Virus record (IMG/VR): IMGVR_UViG_2639762834_000007
Origin: a virus
Lineage: Duplodnaviria > Heunggongvirae > Uroviricota > Caudoviricetes
Reading direction: 5' to 3' (one strand)
DNA length: 22,609 nt
The notes under the pieces: generated by a model
What the model was told of the DNA's origin: nothing
The model's input: only the letters and a program-made list of their open reading frames with translations
The model's database searches: none
In this document: one piece after another, positions 15,119 through 22,609 of the stretch
Numbering within the stretch: position 1 is the first letter of the stretch
Layout: each line of letters begins with the position of its first letter
Translations under genes and position numbers: made by a program

Positions 15119-15415
15119 ATGAACACTCCGTCGCAACTCTCACCATTCGAAACGTTGTGCCTCGCAGTCAGCCTTTGCGACTCGCAAGCCGACTTTGCGA
15201 GGAGGGTCGGCGTATCCCCCCAAGCTGCAAGTAATTGGATTAAGCGGGACCGCCGTGCGCCGATCGAAGCTTGTCCATTTGTTGAGCGCGCCGTTGATGA
15301 TCCGCGCGTCGTGTGCGAAACGCTCCGGCCGGACTACCAAGGTTGGGTCGTCTTGCGCCAACTGATGCTGCGCGGCGACGAGAGCTTGCGGGAGCAGAAG
15401 GAACTCGCGGGATGA
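15119..15415 (+). CDS. cro: Cro-like regulator (YdaS family)
   Basis: SQADFARRVGVSPQAASNW HTH; LRPD motif. Confidence 0.85.
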   Translation: MNTPSQLSPFETLCLAVSLCDSQADFARRVGVSPQAASNWIKRDRRAPIEACPFVERAVDDPRVVCETLRPDYQGWVVLRQLMLRGDESLREQKELAG

Positions 15416-15531
15416 CGCCCTCGGGTTCAATGAAGTAAGGGGCGAAATCGCTTTCAGTTATTTTATCTTGTTTGGGTTAACGATATCCTATTGGGCATGC
15501 TGTCCCTTACGGGCCAGCGGAAGGAGCCAAC

Positions 15532-15669
15532 GTGACAAATGCTAACGACAAGTGCGCTGTGACGATCGAGGCAAGTCCCATTGGAACGGGGCGCGTCTTG
15601 ATCGATGGCGTCGAGGTCCGGTGTGTCCAGAGTGCCAACGCGCGTACCCAACAGAGGGAGACTTCATGA
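15532..15669 (+). CDS. 45-aa peptide (not in ORF track)
   Basis: SD AAGGAG + GTG; ATGA coupling to the next ORF. Confidence 0.5.
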   Translation: MTNANDKCAVTIEASPIGTGRVLIDGVEVRCVQSANARTQQRETS

Positions 15670-15854
15670 AGCGCATGTACGCGCGTTTCGTCCTGTGGCT
15701 GATTCGGCCGGCGCTCAACTTGCGGACTGAGCGCCAGAAAGCCGCGGTCCGTTACTACGAGGCAGCTATCGGATCGACTGGGCCAAGTTGGAGAAGCCTT
15801 CGGAATACCGTTCAAACGACGACAGGACGCCATCGCCGGCCCGTTCGCTGTTGA
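15666..15854 (+). CDS. 62-aa hypothetical protein
   Basis: SD GAGGGAG; 3' half overlaps an antisense gene. Confidence 0.45.
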   Translation: MKRMYARFVLWLIRPALNLRTERQKAAVRYYEAAIGSTGPSWRSLRNTVQTTTGRHRRPVRC

Positions 15855-16020
15855 GCAATGTCACACGAGCCACCTCAAGTGCTTGAGTGTGCTCCGTGAT
15901 GAACCGATTGAGTTGATCTTTGGACATCGACCGAAGTAGAGCGTCAACGACTGCAAGAAGCGCCATGTTTTCGCCCTTCAGTTCGCAGATCCGGTCAGCC
16001 ACGTCTTTTAGATCCTTCAT
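15766..16020 (-). CDS. 84-aa helical moron protein
   Basis: Amphipathic helical pattern; SD GGGGGA. Confidence 0.65.
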   Translation of the reverse strand: MKDLKDVADRICELKGENMALLAVVDALLRSMSKDQLNRFITEHTQALEVARVTLLNSERAGDGVLSSFERYSEGFSNLAQSIR

Positions 16021-16205
16021 GGGGGTCCCCGTATGGAAATGGTTGTGTGAGAGCTGCCAATTCTAAGACGAAAGCTCGGGACCCTCGCCCAATGCAGTAG
16101 ATCGCGCCTGCATGGCGCGGTTGAGGAAATTGAATTTTCGTTCGCACCATAGGGACACACTTTAGTAGTCCTTACCGCGACAAACAACGTTCAGATGAGG
16201 ATTGA

Positions 16206-16646
16206 ATGAACATCATCGACGCCGCATACGCGGTTGTTCACGATTACCCGGGCGGCAGTGAGTCGCTCGCGCCGCGTCTCGGTATGTCGGCGGCGGTGCT
16301 GCGGAACAAGGTGAACCCGAACAACGCTACGCATCACCTCGGGCTTGCTGACGCGGTTCGCGCGACGGACGTGACCAACGACGATCGGATGCTCGAAGCG
16401 TGGGCTGGCGAGCGTGGCTACGCGCTCGTGAAGTTGCCGAGCGCCGTTGACTGCTGCGACGCCGCGATCGTCGAGCTGATGGGCAAGGCGTGGTCGACGC
16501 ACGGCGACGTCGGGCAGGAGATCGTGAAGACGCTCGAAGACGGCCGTGTCGAGCGGCACGAGATCGAGCGCGTGGATCACCGAATCTTCAAGCATGCGCA
16601 GGTGCTTCTCGATATCTCCGCGCGGCTGCGCGGCATGGCCGAGTAG
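16206..16646 (+). CDS. cII: CII-like regulator (186/P2 CII, YmfL type)
   Basis: LAPRLGMSAAVLRNKVNPN...HHL; EDGRVERHE; SD GAGGA. Confidence 0.85.
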   Translation: MNIIDAAYAVVHDYPGGSESLAPRLGMSAAVLRNKVNPNNATHHLGLADAVRATDVTNDDRMLEAWAGERGYALVKLPSAVDCCDAAIVELMGKAWSTHGDVGQEIVKTLEDGRVERHEIERVDHRIFKHAQVLLDISARLRGMAE

Positions 16647-16656
16647 TGGGGAGCGC

Positions 16657-17886
16657 TTGAGTGTCGCCTACTACAACGAGCACGATCAAGTCGCCGCGGA
16701 GTGGCTGCGCAACCTCGTTGCGGCAGGCCACATCGCGCCCGGTGACGTCGACGAACGCGACATCCGCGACGTGCATCCCGACGACCTTCGTCCATACGCC
16801 CAGTGCCATTTCTTCGCAGGCGTCGGCGTCTGGTCCTACGCGCTTCGTCGCGCCGGATGGCCCGACGATCGACCTGTTTGGACGGGTTCCTGTCCGTGCC
16901 AACCTTTCTCCGCGGCAGGCAAAGGACTTGGATTTGATGATGAGCGGCACCTGTGGCCTGCGTGGTACTGGCTCATCGGCGAGCGCCGCCCTGCAATCGT
17001 CTTTGGAGAGCAGGTTGCGAGCTCGGCTGTCGACCCTTGGATCGACCTTGTTCAAGCTGACGTGGAAGCGCTGGACTACGCCTATGGGTGTGTCCCGTTT
17101 CCGTCTGCGGGCGTCGGTGCTCCGCACATCCGCGACCGGGCGTACTGGATGGCCTACGCCTACGGCCGCGCTCGCAGAGAAAGGCGTGCGCACGTTCGAG
17201 AGGGGGCTGATGGAAGCGATGCGCAATCATGGGCCGGATCTGGCGGCAGCGGCATGTCTGGCCGGCTGGCCGACACCGACAGTCGGCAACGCGGAGGGCT
17301 CGCAATCGTTCGAGGGCTTGAGCGCGACGGGCAAGACGCAGGACGGTCGCAAGGTAGCGGTGAGCCTGAATCACGTGGCGCAGTTCGCGGGATGGCCGAC
17401 ACCTACGTCGACGGATTTCAAAGGCGCACCGTCGAAACCGTATTCGGAGCGGGGCGGCGGCAAAAAGGGGATGCGCCTGGACGCAGCGGCACACCACTGG
17501 CTCGCAGGCTGGCCGACACCCACATCAACGGATGCGCTCCGGAATCCGGCTGCGCAGTTCTCGACGACGAACATCGCGTTGAACCACACGGCGGCGCTCC
17601 TGAAGGACAACCCCATGCCGGCTCGACTAACGGCTTCTGGCGAGCTGCTGACTGGCTCCTGTGTCGGGATGGAAAGTGGAGGCCAGTTGAATCCGGCACA
17701 TTCCCGCTGGTTGATGGGTCTGCCGGTCGCATGGGACGAGTGCGCGCCGATCAAGCGCGCCTCGCCGCGCTTCGTCCACGGAAAGACCAAGGCAGCCGCC
17801 AAGGCCGACTCCGAGGGTACGGCAACGCGATCAACGCGGAAGCGGCGGTTGCGTGGATCGAAGCGTGCCGAGGAGTGATCGGATGA
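16657..17886 (+). CDS. C5-cytosine DNA methyltransferase, catalytic (alpha) frame
   Basis: [35 protein letters not shown]; TTG start with SD GGGGAG. Confidence 0.9.
   Translation: MSVAYYNEHDQVAAEWLRNLVAAGHIAPGDVDERDIRDVHPDDLRPYAQCHFFAGVGVWSYALRRAGWPDDRPVWTGSCPCQPFSAAGKGLGFDDERHLWPAWYWLIGERRPAIVFGEQVASSAVDPWIDLVQADVEALDYAYGCVPFPSAGVGAPHIRDRAYWMAYAYGRARRERRAHVREGADGSDAQSWAGSGGSGMSGRLADTDSRQRGGLAIVRGLERDGQDAGRSQGSGEPESRGAVRGMADTYVDGFQRRTVETVFGAGRRQKGDAPGRSGTPLARRLADTHINGCAPESGCAVLDDEHRVEPHGGAPEGQPHAGSTNGFWRAADWLLCRDGKWRPVESGTFPLVDGSAGRMGRVRADQARLAALRPRKDQGSRQGRLRGYGNAINAEAAVAWIEACRGVIG
16937..17878 (+). CDS. Overlapping-frame methyltransferase beta/TRD subunit
   Basis: +1 frame open 16661-17878; SD AAAGGA before ATG 16937; four GWPTP units; [13 protein letters not shown] (motif IX-like). 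Confidence 0.72.
   Translation: MMSGTCGLRGTGSSASAALQSSLESRLRARLSTLGSTLFKLTWKRWTTPMGVSRFRLRASVLRTSATGRTGWPTPTAALAEKGVRTFERGLMEAMRNHGPDLAAAACLAGWPTPTVGNAEGSQSFEGLSATGKTQDGRKVAVSLNHVAQFAGWPTPTSTDFKGAPSKPYSERGGGKKGMRLDAAAHHWLAGWPTPTSTDALRNPAAQFSTTNIALNHTAALLKDNPMPARLTASGELLTGSCVGMESGGQLNPAHSRWLMGLPVAWDECAPIKRASPRFVHGKTKAAAKADSEGTATRSTRKRRLRGSKRAEE
17147..17523 (+). repeat. Four 17-bp GWPTP-coding repeats
   Basis: At 17147, 17264, 17390, 17507; spacing 117/126/117. Confidence 0.9.
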
Positions 17887-19019
17887 ACTGGCTCGATCAA
17901 TCCCACCGCGGAGACTGCCGTGACCTGATGCGCGCGATGATCGCCGACGGCGTGCGTGTGCAGACGATCGTGACGTCGCCGCCGTACTGGGGCCTTCGCT
18001 CGTATCTGCCTGACGGACATCCCGACAAGGGCAGGGAGATCGGCAGCGAGCCGATACTGCGCGAGTTCATCGACACGCTCGTCGGCGTGTTCGAGCTCTG
18101 CCGCCAACTGCTCGTGGACGACGGGACGCTCTGGCTGAACATGGGCGATGCCTATGCCTCATCGGGCGGACAGACGCCGATGCGCGGTGAGACGTTTGCC
18201 GGGCGCGCTCGCGCTAAGGAGAACATCTGCCTGAGCAACAGGAAAGCGGGCATCGACGGTCTGAAGGTCAAGGATCTGATGGGCCAGCCGTGGCGTCTTG
18301 CGTTTGCATTGCAGGATGCCGGCTGGTATCTCCGACAGGACATCATCTGGCACAAGCCGAACCCGATGCCCGAGAGCGTGCGCGACCGCTGCACTAAGGC
18401 ACACGAATATCTGTTTCTGCTTTCGAAGAGCGAGCGCTACTACTACGACTTCCACGCGATGCAGGAGCCTGTGAGCGGTGGTGCTCATGCACGTTCGCCC
18501 GGCAATCGGTCACACAAGGCCACAAATGCATTTGCGGCGGGCGACGAGCATCACCGCACGAAAAGCGGACTCGTCGCGTACGCCGAGCGGCAGCGCGCCG
18601 CGGGCGTCAATCCGAAAGCTGTAGCGGTCGCCGGTTGGCAGACGGGACCGGGCGCACATTCGACTGTCGAGCACAACCGCGGCGCTCGTGCAAAGCGGCA
18701 GAAGCAAAACGAATCGTTCTCGGCAGCCGTCACCGACGTTGTCACGAGTCGAAATCGCCGGAGCGTCTGGACGATCCCGACGCAGTCGTTCGACGGCGCC
18801 CACTTTGCAACTTTCCCCGAGGCGCTCGTCGAACCTTGCGTGCTCGCCGGCAGTCGGCCGGGCGACGTCGTGTTCGATCCGTTCTTCGGCAGCGGCACGA
18901 CCGGACAAGTAGCGCAGCGCCTCGGCCGCCGTTTCATCGGCTGCGAACTCAACCCGGACTATGAGCCGCTGCAGCGCGATCGTCTGCGGCAGCCGGGATT
19001 CGTTTTGGAGGTCATGTGA
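17883..19019 (+). CDS. Beta-class amino-methyltransferase (likely N4-C)
   Basis: TSPPY near N-terminus; DPFFGSGTT near C-terminus. Confidence 0.92.
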   Translation: MNWLDQSHRGDCRDLMRAMIADGVRVQTIVTSPPYWGLRSYLPDGHPDKGREIGSEPILREFIDTLVGVFELCRQLLVDDGTLWLNMGDAYASSGGQTPMRGETFAGRARAKENICLSNRKAGIDGLKVKDLMGQPWRLAFALQDAGWYLRQDIIWHKPNPMPESVRDRCTKAHEYLFLLSKSERYYYDFHAMQEPVSGGAHARSPGNRSHKATNAFAAGDEHHRTKSGLVAYAERQRAAGVNPKAVAVAGWQTGPGAHSTVEHNRGARAKRQKQNESFSAAVTDVVTSRNRRSVWTIPTQSFDGAHFATFPEALVEPCVLAGSRPGDVVFDPFFGSGTTGQVAQRLGRRFIGCELNPDYEPLQRDRLRQPGFVLEVM

Positions 19020-19978
19020 GCGAGCGCCCAACCCTCCACGTCGTTTCTCTGTCCGGCGGCAAGGACAGTACCGCGACGCTGCTCGTCGCGCTCGAGCTGC
19101 ACGGACACGAGAACGTCCGTGTCGCAATGGCGGATACAGGCAACGAGCACCGTCTTACCTACGAGTATATCGACTATCTCGAAGACGTCCTGTCGATCCC
19201 GGTGGCGCGTCTCAAGCGTGACTTCACTCCCGAGTGGTGGCATCGGCGCGACTACGTTCGCGACAAGTGGCCGGAGAAGGGTGTTCCTGAGAACGTCGTC
19301 CTGCGCGCCTTAGCCGTGTTCGAGCGTGGGCCGACCGGCATCCCCTTCCTCGACCTTTGCATCATCAAGGGGCGCTTCCCGAGCCGCATGGCTCAGTTCT
19401 GCACGTACTTCCTCAAGACTGAGCCTCTGAATGAGTACGCGCTGAACCTGATCGATGAGGCGGGTGTTGCTGTGTGGTCTTGGCAAGGTGTCCGCTTCGA
19501 GGAGAGCGAGGCGCGCCGCAACCGCCTGCAGGGCACAGGGGCATGCGTCCGATCGTTTGAAGAGGTCGGCGGGGGACTGTTCATCTATCGGCCGGTGTTG
19601 CGCTGGACGGCCGAATCCATATTCGAAGCGCACCGCGTAGCCGGTATCAGACCGAACCCGCTCTACCTGCAAGGCCGCAAGCGCGTCGGTTGCCTCTGCA
19701 TCAATGCTGGTAAAGACGAGATCCGGCAATGGGATATGCGTGACCGCGACCACATCGAGATGATCGCCGAGTGGGAAGGCATCGTTTCGGATGCGTCGAA
19801 GCGTGGCAACTCCACCTTCTTCCCGGCCCCAGGCGAGACGGACACGGCGCGGGAGCGAGGAAACATCTGGCAAGTCGTCGAGTGGTCGAAGACGACTCGT
19901 GGCGGTCGGCAATACGACCTTCTCGCGGACGCAGAACCTGCGACGGCATGCTCGTCCGCATACGGGCTCTGCGAATAG
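19016..19978 (+). CDS. PAPS-reductase-family (PP-loop) protein
   Basis: [17 protein letters not shown]...LK, GVRFEES..R, RVGC. Confidence 0.9.
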   Translation: MSERPTLHVVSLSGGKDSTATLLVALELHGHENVRVAMADTGNEHRLTYEYIDYLEDVLSIPVARLKRDFTPEWWHRRDYVRDKWPEKGVPENVVLRALAVFERGPTGIPFLDLCIIKGRFPSRMAQFCTYFLKTEPLNEYALNLIDEAGVAVWSWQGVRFEESEARRNRLQGTGACVRSFEEVGGGLFIYRPVLRWTAESIFEAHRVAGIRPNPLYLQGRKRVGCLCINAGKDEIRQWDMRDRDHIEMIAEWEGIVSDASKRGNSTFFPAPGETDTARERGNIWQVVEWSKTTRGGRQYDLLADAEPATACSSAYGLCE

Positions 19979-20012
19979 CTCCACACACCAACTATCTCAA
20001 CAGGAGCCACTG

Positions 20013-20834
20013 ATGGCCAAAAACTCAATCGACGTCTACGGGGCGTCGGGCAAGGGCAACGTCCTTTCGATGGACCCTGACAAGCTGACGCTCGTCACGG
20101 ACCCGAAGCACCCGCTGTACGACCGGCGCGTACATCAGGCGCCGAACCAGAAGACGGTTCGGAACTACCGGGCGCAGGGCGTGCTCGAGCCGGTGCTCTT
20201 CTACAAAGACCCGGAGACGGGCGAGAACCTCGTGATCGACGGCCGTCGCCGCGTGATCAACGCGCGCGAGCTGAACCGTCAACTGATCGATGCGGGCGAA
20301 GAGCCGATCACGATTCCAGCGATCCCGAAGCGCGTTATGCGCGACAGCGACAAGTCGTTCGTCGGAATGATGGTCAGCACGAACGAGATCCGCGAAGAAG
20401 ACTCGCCGATCAACCGAGCCGAGAAGATGGCTCGCATGCTCGACGTCGGCCACACCGAGGATGCTATCGCCGTCGCGTTCGGTGTCGAGGTGCCGACCGT
20501 GCGCTCTGCTTTGAAGCTGCTCGACTGCTGCATGGCGGTGCGTGACGCTGTTGAGGCGGAACAGATCACTGTGTCGCACGCGCTGAAGCTTGCGAAGCTG
20601 TCGCCCGACGAGCAACGCGCGAAGGTTCAGGCGTTGATCGATGCCGCTGACGGCAAGGAAGGGCACGCGCGCTCGCGTGCGCAGAAGGCCGTGCTCGGCG
20701 GTTCGGCGGCACGCGTACGTCCGCGTAAGCAGATCGAGGCGGCGCTCGCGGAGGCGACGGGCGAGCGCTTGGCGGCGCTGCGATGGGTGCTCGGTATTGA
20801 CGACGCGGAAAGCGCACAGGAGGCCGCCGAATGA
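20013..20834 (+). CDS. ParB/Srx-like N-terminal domain protein with HTH
   Basis: GVLEPV...VIDGRRR; HTH; SD CAGGAG. Confidence 0.85.
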   Translation: MAKNSIDVYGASGKGNVLSMDPDKLTLVTDPKHPLYDRRVHQAPNQKTVRNYRAQGVLEPVLFYKDPETGENLVIDGRRRVINARELNRQLIDAGEEPITIPAIPKRVMRDSDKSFVGMMVSTNEIREEDSPINRAEKMARMLDVGHTEDAIAVAFGVEVPTVRSALKLLDCCMAVRDAVEAEQITVSHALKLAKLSPDEQRAKVQALIDAADGKEGHARSRAQKAVLGGSAARVRPRKQIEAALAEATGERLAALRWVLGIDDAESAQEAAE

Positions 20835-21091
20835 GTTTCGAGCACCTCAACCGCGCTATGCGCGAGCAGTTCCCGCCGACGGCCAAGGTGATCCTGATCT
20901 TTCTGGCGCGGTTGGCCGACGAGCAGGGGAATTGCGATCCGTCGATCGACGCCATTGCGGAATTCGCGGGCGTGACGCGCGTGACCGTGTCGTCGACCCT
21001 TCGCACGTTGGAGGAGGCCGGTGCGCTGCGCATTACGCGCCGGCCCGGTCACCCGAGCGCCTATCGCTTGACTCTCGGGAGAGCGTCTTGA
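20831..21091 (+). CDS. Stand-alone winged HTH (HTH_36-like) protein
   Basis: AKVILIFLARLADEQGNCDPSIDAIAEFAG. Confidence 0.85.
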   Translation: MSFEHLNRAMREQFPPTAKVILIFLARLADEQGNCDPSIDAIAEFAGVTRVTVSSTLRTLEEAGALRITRRPGHPSAYRLTLGRAS

Positions 21092-21237
21092 CTCCGACCG
21101 ACATCAAAGAGCCCGTTCCGGCGCGCGCTGGCGAAGTGACGCCCGTTGCGGTGACAGCTCGCGCAGCGGCCACGCGTACGTGTCTGTCATGTGGCGCAAA
21201 GACTGACGCTGACGGCGCGTTGCCGTGCGGGCACTGA
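21088..21237 (+). CDS. 49-aa peptide with CLSC...CGH motif
   Basis: TTG overlaps upstream TGA; SD GGGAGAG. Confidence 0.6.
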   Translation: MTPTDIKEPVPARAGEVTPVAVTARAAATRTCLSCGAKTDADGALPCGH

Positions 21238-21244
21238 GGAGCCT

Positions 21245-22237
21245 ATGAGCGTCAAGGTTATGAACGCGGTGTTCGAGCGCTATCCGGAAGGCGGCGGCGA
21301 GATGATTCTCGCGCTGGCACTTGCGGACCATTCGCACGACGACGGCACGCACATCTATCCGAGCGTCGACAAGTTGGCTGCGAAGACGCGCCAATCACCG
21401 CGTGCAGTGCAGTACCAGCTTCGCCGGATGCAGCAGTCGGGCTGGCTAATTCTCGTGAGTGAGTCGAAGGGCGGGCGTGGGAATACGCGCGAATACCGAA
21501 TCAATTCGGACTGGATAAACGGTGCAGAACTTGCGCCCATTTCCTCGGGTTCAAAGGGTGCAAAAAATGCACCCAATGGAAAGGGTGCAAACGACGACGT
21601 AAAGGGTGCAACTGACGACATAAAGGGTGCAAATCACAGCACTAAAGGGTGCAAAGCTTTTGCACCCGAATCATCAGGAACCGTCAGAGAACCATCAGAG
21701 AACCATCAACCCGCGCGGCGTGCGCCGCGAGTTGCGTTGCATGGCGAACTGCGATCAATCGAGCTGCCCGACTGGTTGCCCGTCGACGCGTGGCTCGACT
21801 GGTGCGAGCACCGCGAGGCGAAAGCGGCGGAGAAGTCGGCGCCGTGGACACGCCCGGCGGCGAAGGTGTCGCTGCGCCGCCTCGAGAAGCTGAGAGAGCT
21901 TGGGCATGCCCCGGCGGACTGCATCGACGAAGCGGTGCTGCGCGGATGGACGGGGCTGTTCCCGGTGAAGTCAGACAGCACGGCGACGAGCGGACAGGAC
22001 GTTCCTGCCGACTGGCACAAGAGCGCGCAGGGTGTCACTGACCGCGGTAAGCAACTCGGCATCGAGCAGCGCGAGGGCGAAGTGTTCATGCGTTTTAAGG
22101 CGCGCGTCGTCAAGGCGGACGGGCCCGGCGAGGCGATGGAGGAAATGCTGCGCGAGGCTGCCCGCTTCGGGAATGAGACCTACGAGCAGTTGTACCGGTA
22201 CTTCAACGACATCCCGCGCGATCAGGAGGCGACGTGA
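21245..22237 (+). CDS. Phage replication initiator (lambda O analogue)
   Basis: N-terminal HTH_36 (IYPSVDKLAAKT), internal iterons, GWTGLF motif; SD GAGGAG. Confidence 0.88.
   Translation: MSVKVMNAVFERYPEGGGEMILALALADHSHDDGTHIYPSVDKLAAKTRQSPRAVQYQLRRMQQSGWLILVSESKGGRGNTREYRINSDWINGAELAPISSGSKGAKNAPNGKGANDDVKGATDDIKGANHSTKGCKAFAPESSGTVREPSENHQPARRAPRVALHGELRSIELPDWLPVDAWLDWCEHREAKAAEKSAPWTRPAAKVSLRRLEKLRELGHAPADCIDEAVLRGWTGLFPVKSDSTATSGQDVPADWHKSAQGVTDRGKQLGIEQREGEVFMRFKARVVKADGPGEAMEEMLREAARFGNETYEQLYRYFNDIPRDQEAT
21553..21667. repeat. Replication origin iterons
   Basis: AAAGGGTGCAA at 21553, 21580, 21601, 21622, 21644; inverted TGCACCC ending 21574 and 21667. Confidence 0.88.
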
Positions 22238-22609
22238 CGAAGCGCGCTTCACGGCCGCTCGTCGTTCCCGAGGGTACGGCGATGGTTGGCACGGCACGCG
22301 TGCGCGACGACCGAACTATCGGTCGCAGCTTCGCCGAGCGCGAGCTGGCGCGCCGCACGGGCAAACAGCCGAACTCCGAATTCGACGAAATCGCATCCGG
22401 CGACCTCGACCGGCCACTCTTCACGCCGGTAATGACGGCGAAGCGCTCGAAGTACCGCAACACGAAGTGCGAGCACGACGGCATCAGGTTCGACAGCAAG
22501 CGCGAGCGGTCGCGATGGTTCGAGTTGATCAAGCAACAAGACGTCGGGCTGATCAGCGGTCTTCGGCGTCAGGTCGTCTTCGAGCTCGCACCCGGTGTGG
22601 TCATCGCAA
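22234..22609 (+). CDS. DUF1064-family nuclease, 3' partial
   Basis: SKYRNTKCEHDGIRFDSKRE...LRRQVVFEL; SD AGGAGG + GTG. Confidence 0.85.
   Translation, partial: MTKRASRPLVVPEGTAMVGTARVRDDRTIGRSFAERELARRTGKQPNSEFDEIASGDLDRPLFTPVMTAKRSKYRNTKCEHDGIRFDSKRERSRWFELIKQQDVGLISGLRRQVVFELAPGVVIA

Larger units (their letters stand above)
1..22609. mobile_element. Lambdoid (Burkholderia-type) prophage: integration, early, immunity, methylation and replication modules; continues beyond the window
   Basis: int-xis, divergent cI/cro with operators, cII, replication gene with iterons, dense overlapping (ATGA/GTGA) gene packing. Confidence 0.96.

Noticed and set aside
17147-17523. CRISPR-like repeat-spacer array
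   Set aside because: Degenerate 17-bp repeats, about 100-nt spacers, in-frame coding, no cas genes
19016-19978. CysH as a sulfur-assimilation auxiliary gene
   Set aside because: Context is DNA methylases and ParB; the family assignment holds but the metabolic function is unsupported

Overview
The whole window is part of a temperate lambdoid prophage with high GC and Burkholderia-type genes. By recollection of gene content it resembles phiE125/phi1026b/phi644-2; no database search was run. Left to right: int and xis; small + strand morons; a leftward early operon (DUF5131, a 690-aa cassette-built protein, an SPFH lipoprotein, several unannotated micro-ORFs, four terminator-like hairpins and structured RNA elements); pL/OL; a LysR + MFS moron; a divergent cI/cro switch with three OR operators; cII; a C5 methyltransferase, an amino-methyltransferase, a PAPS-reductase-family protein and a ParB-like protein; a replication initiator with iterons; and a partial DUF1064 nuclease. 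The att site is not visible. The most notable signals are: (1) a C5 methyltransferase locus open in two frames for about 1.2 kb, where the second frame supplies the missing motif IX and four tandem WPTP cassettes; (2) a repeated RNA element with a compensatory base-pair swap directly upstream of two early-operon terminators, with no N-like gene visible; (3) linker repeats that delimit modules within and between early genes. Starts were re-called from SD motifs, so several differ from the ORF track.
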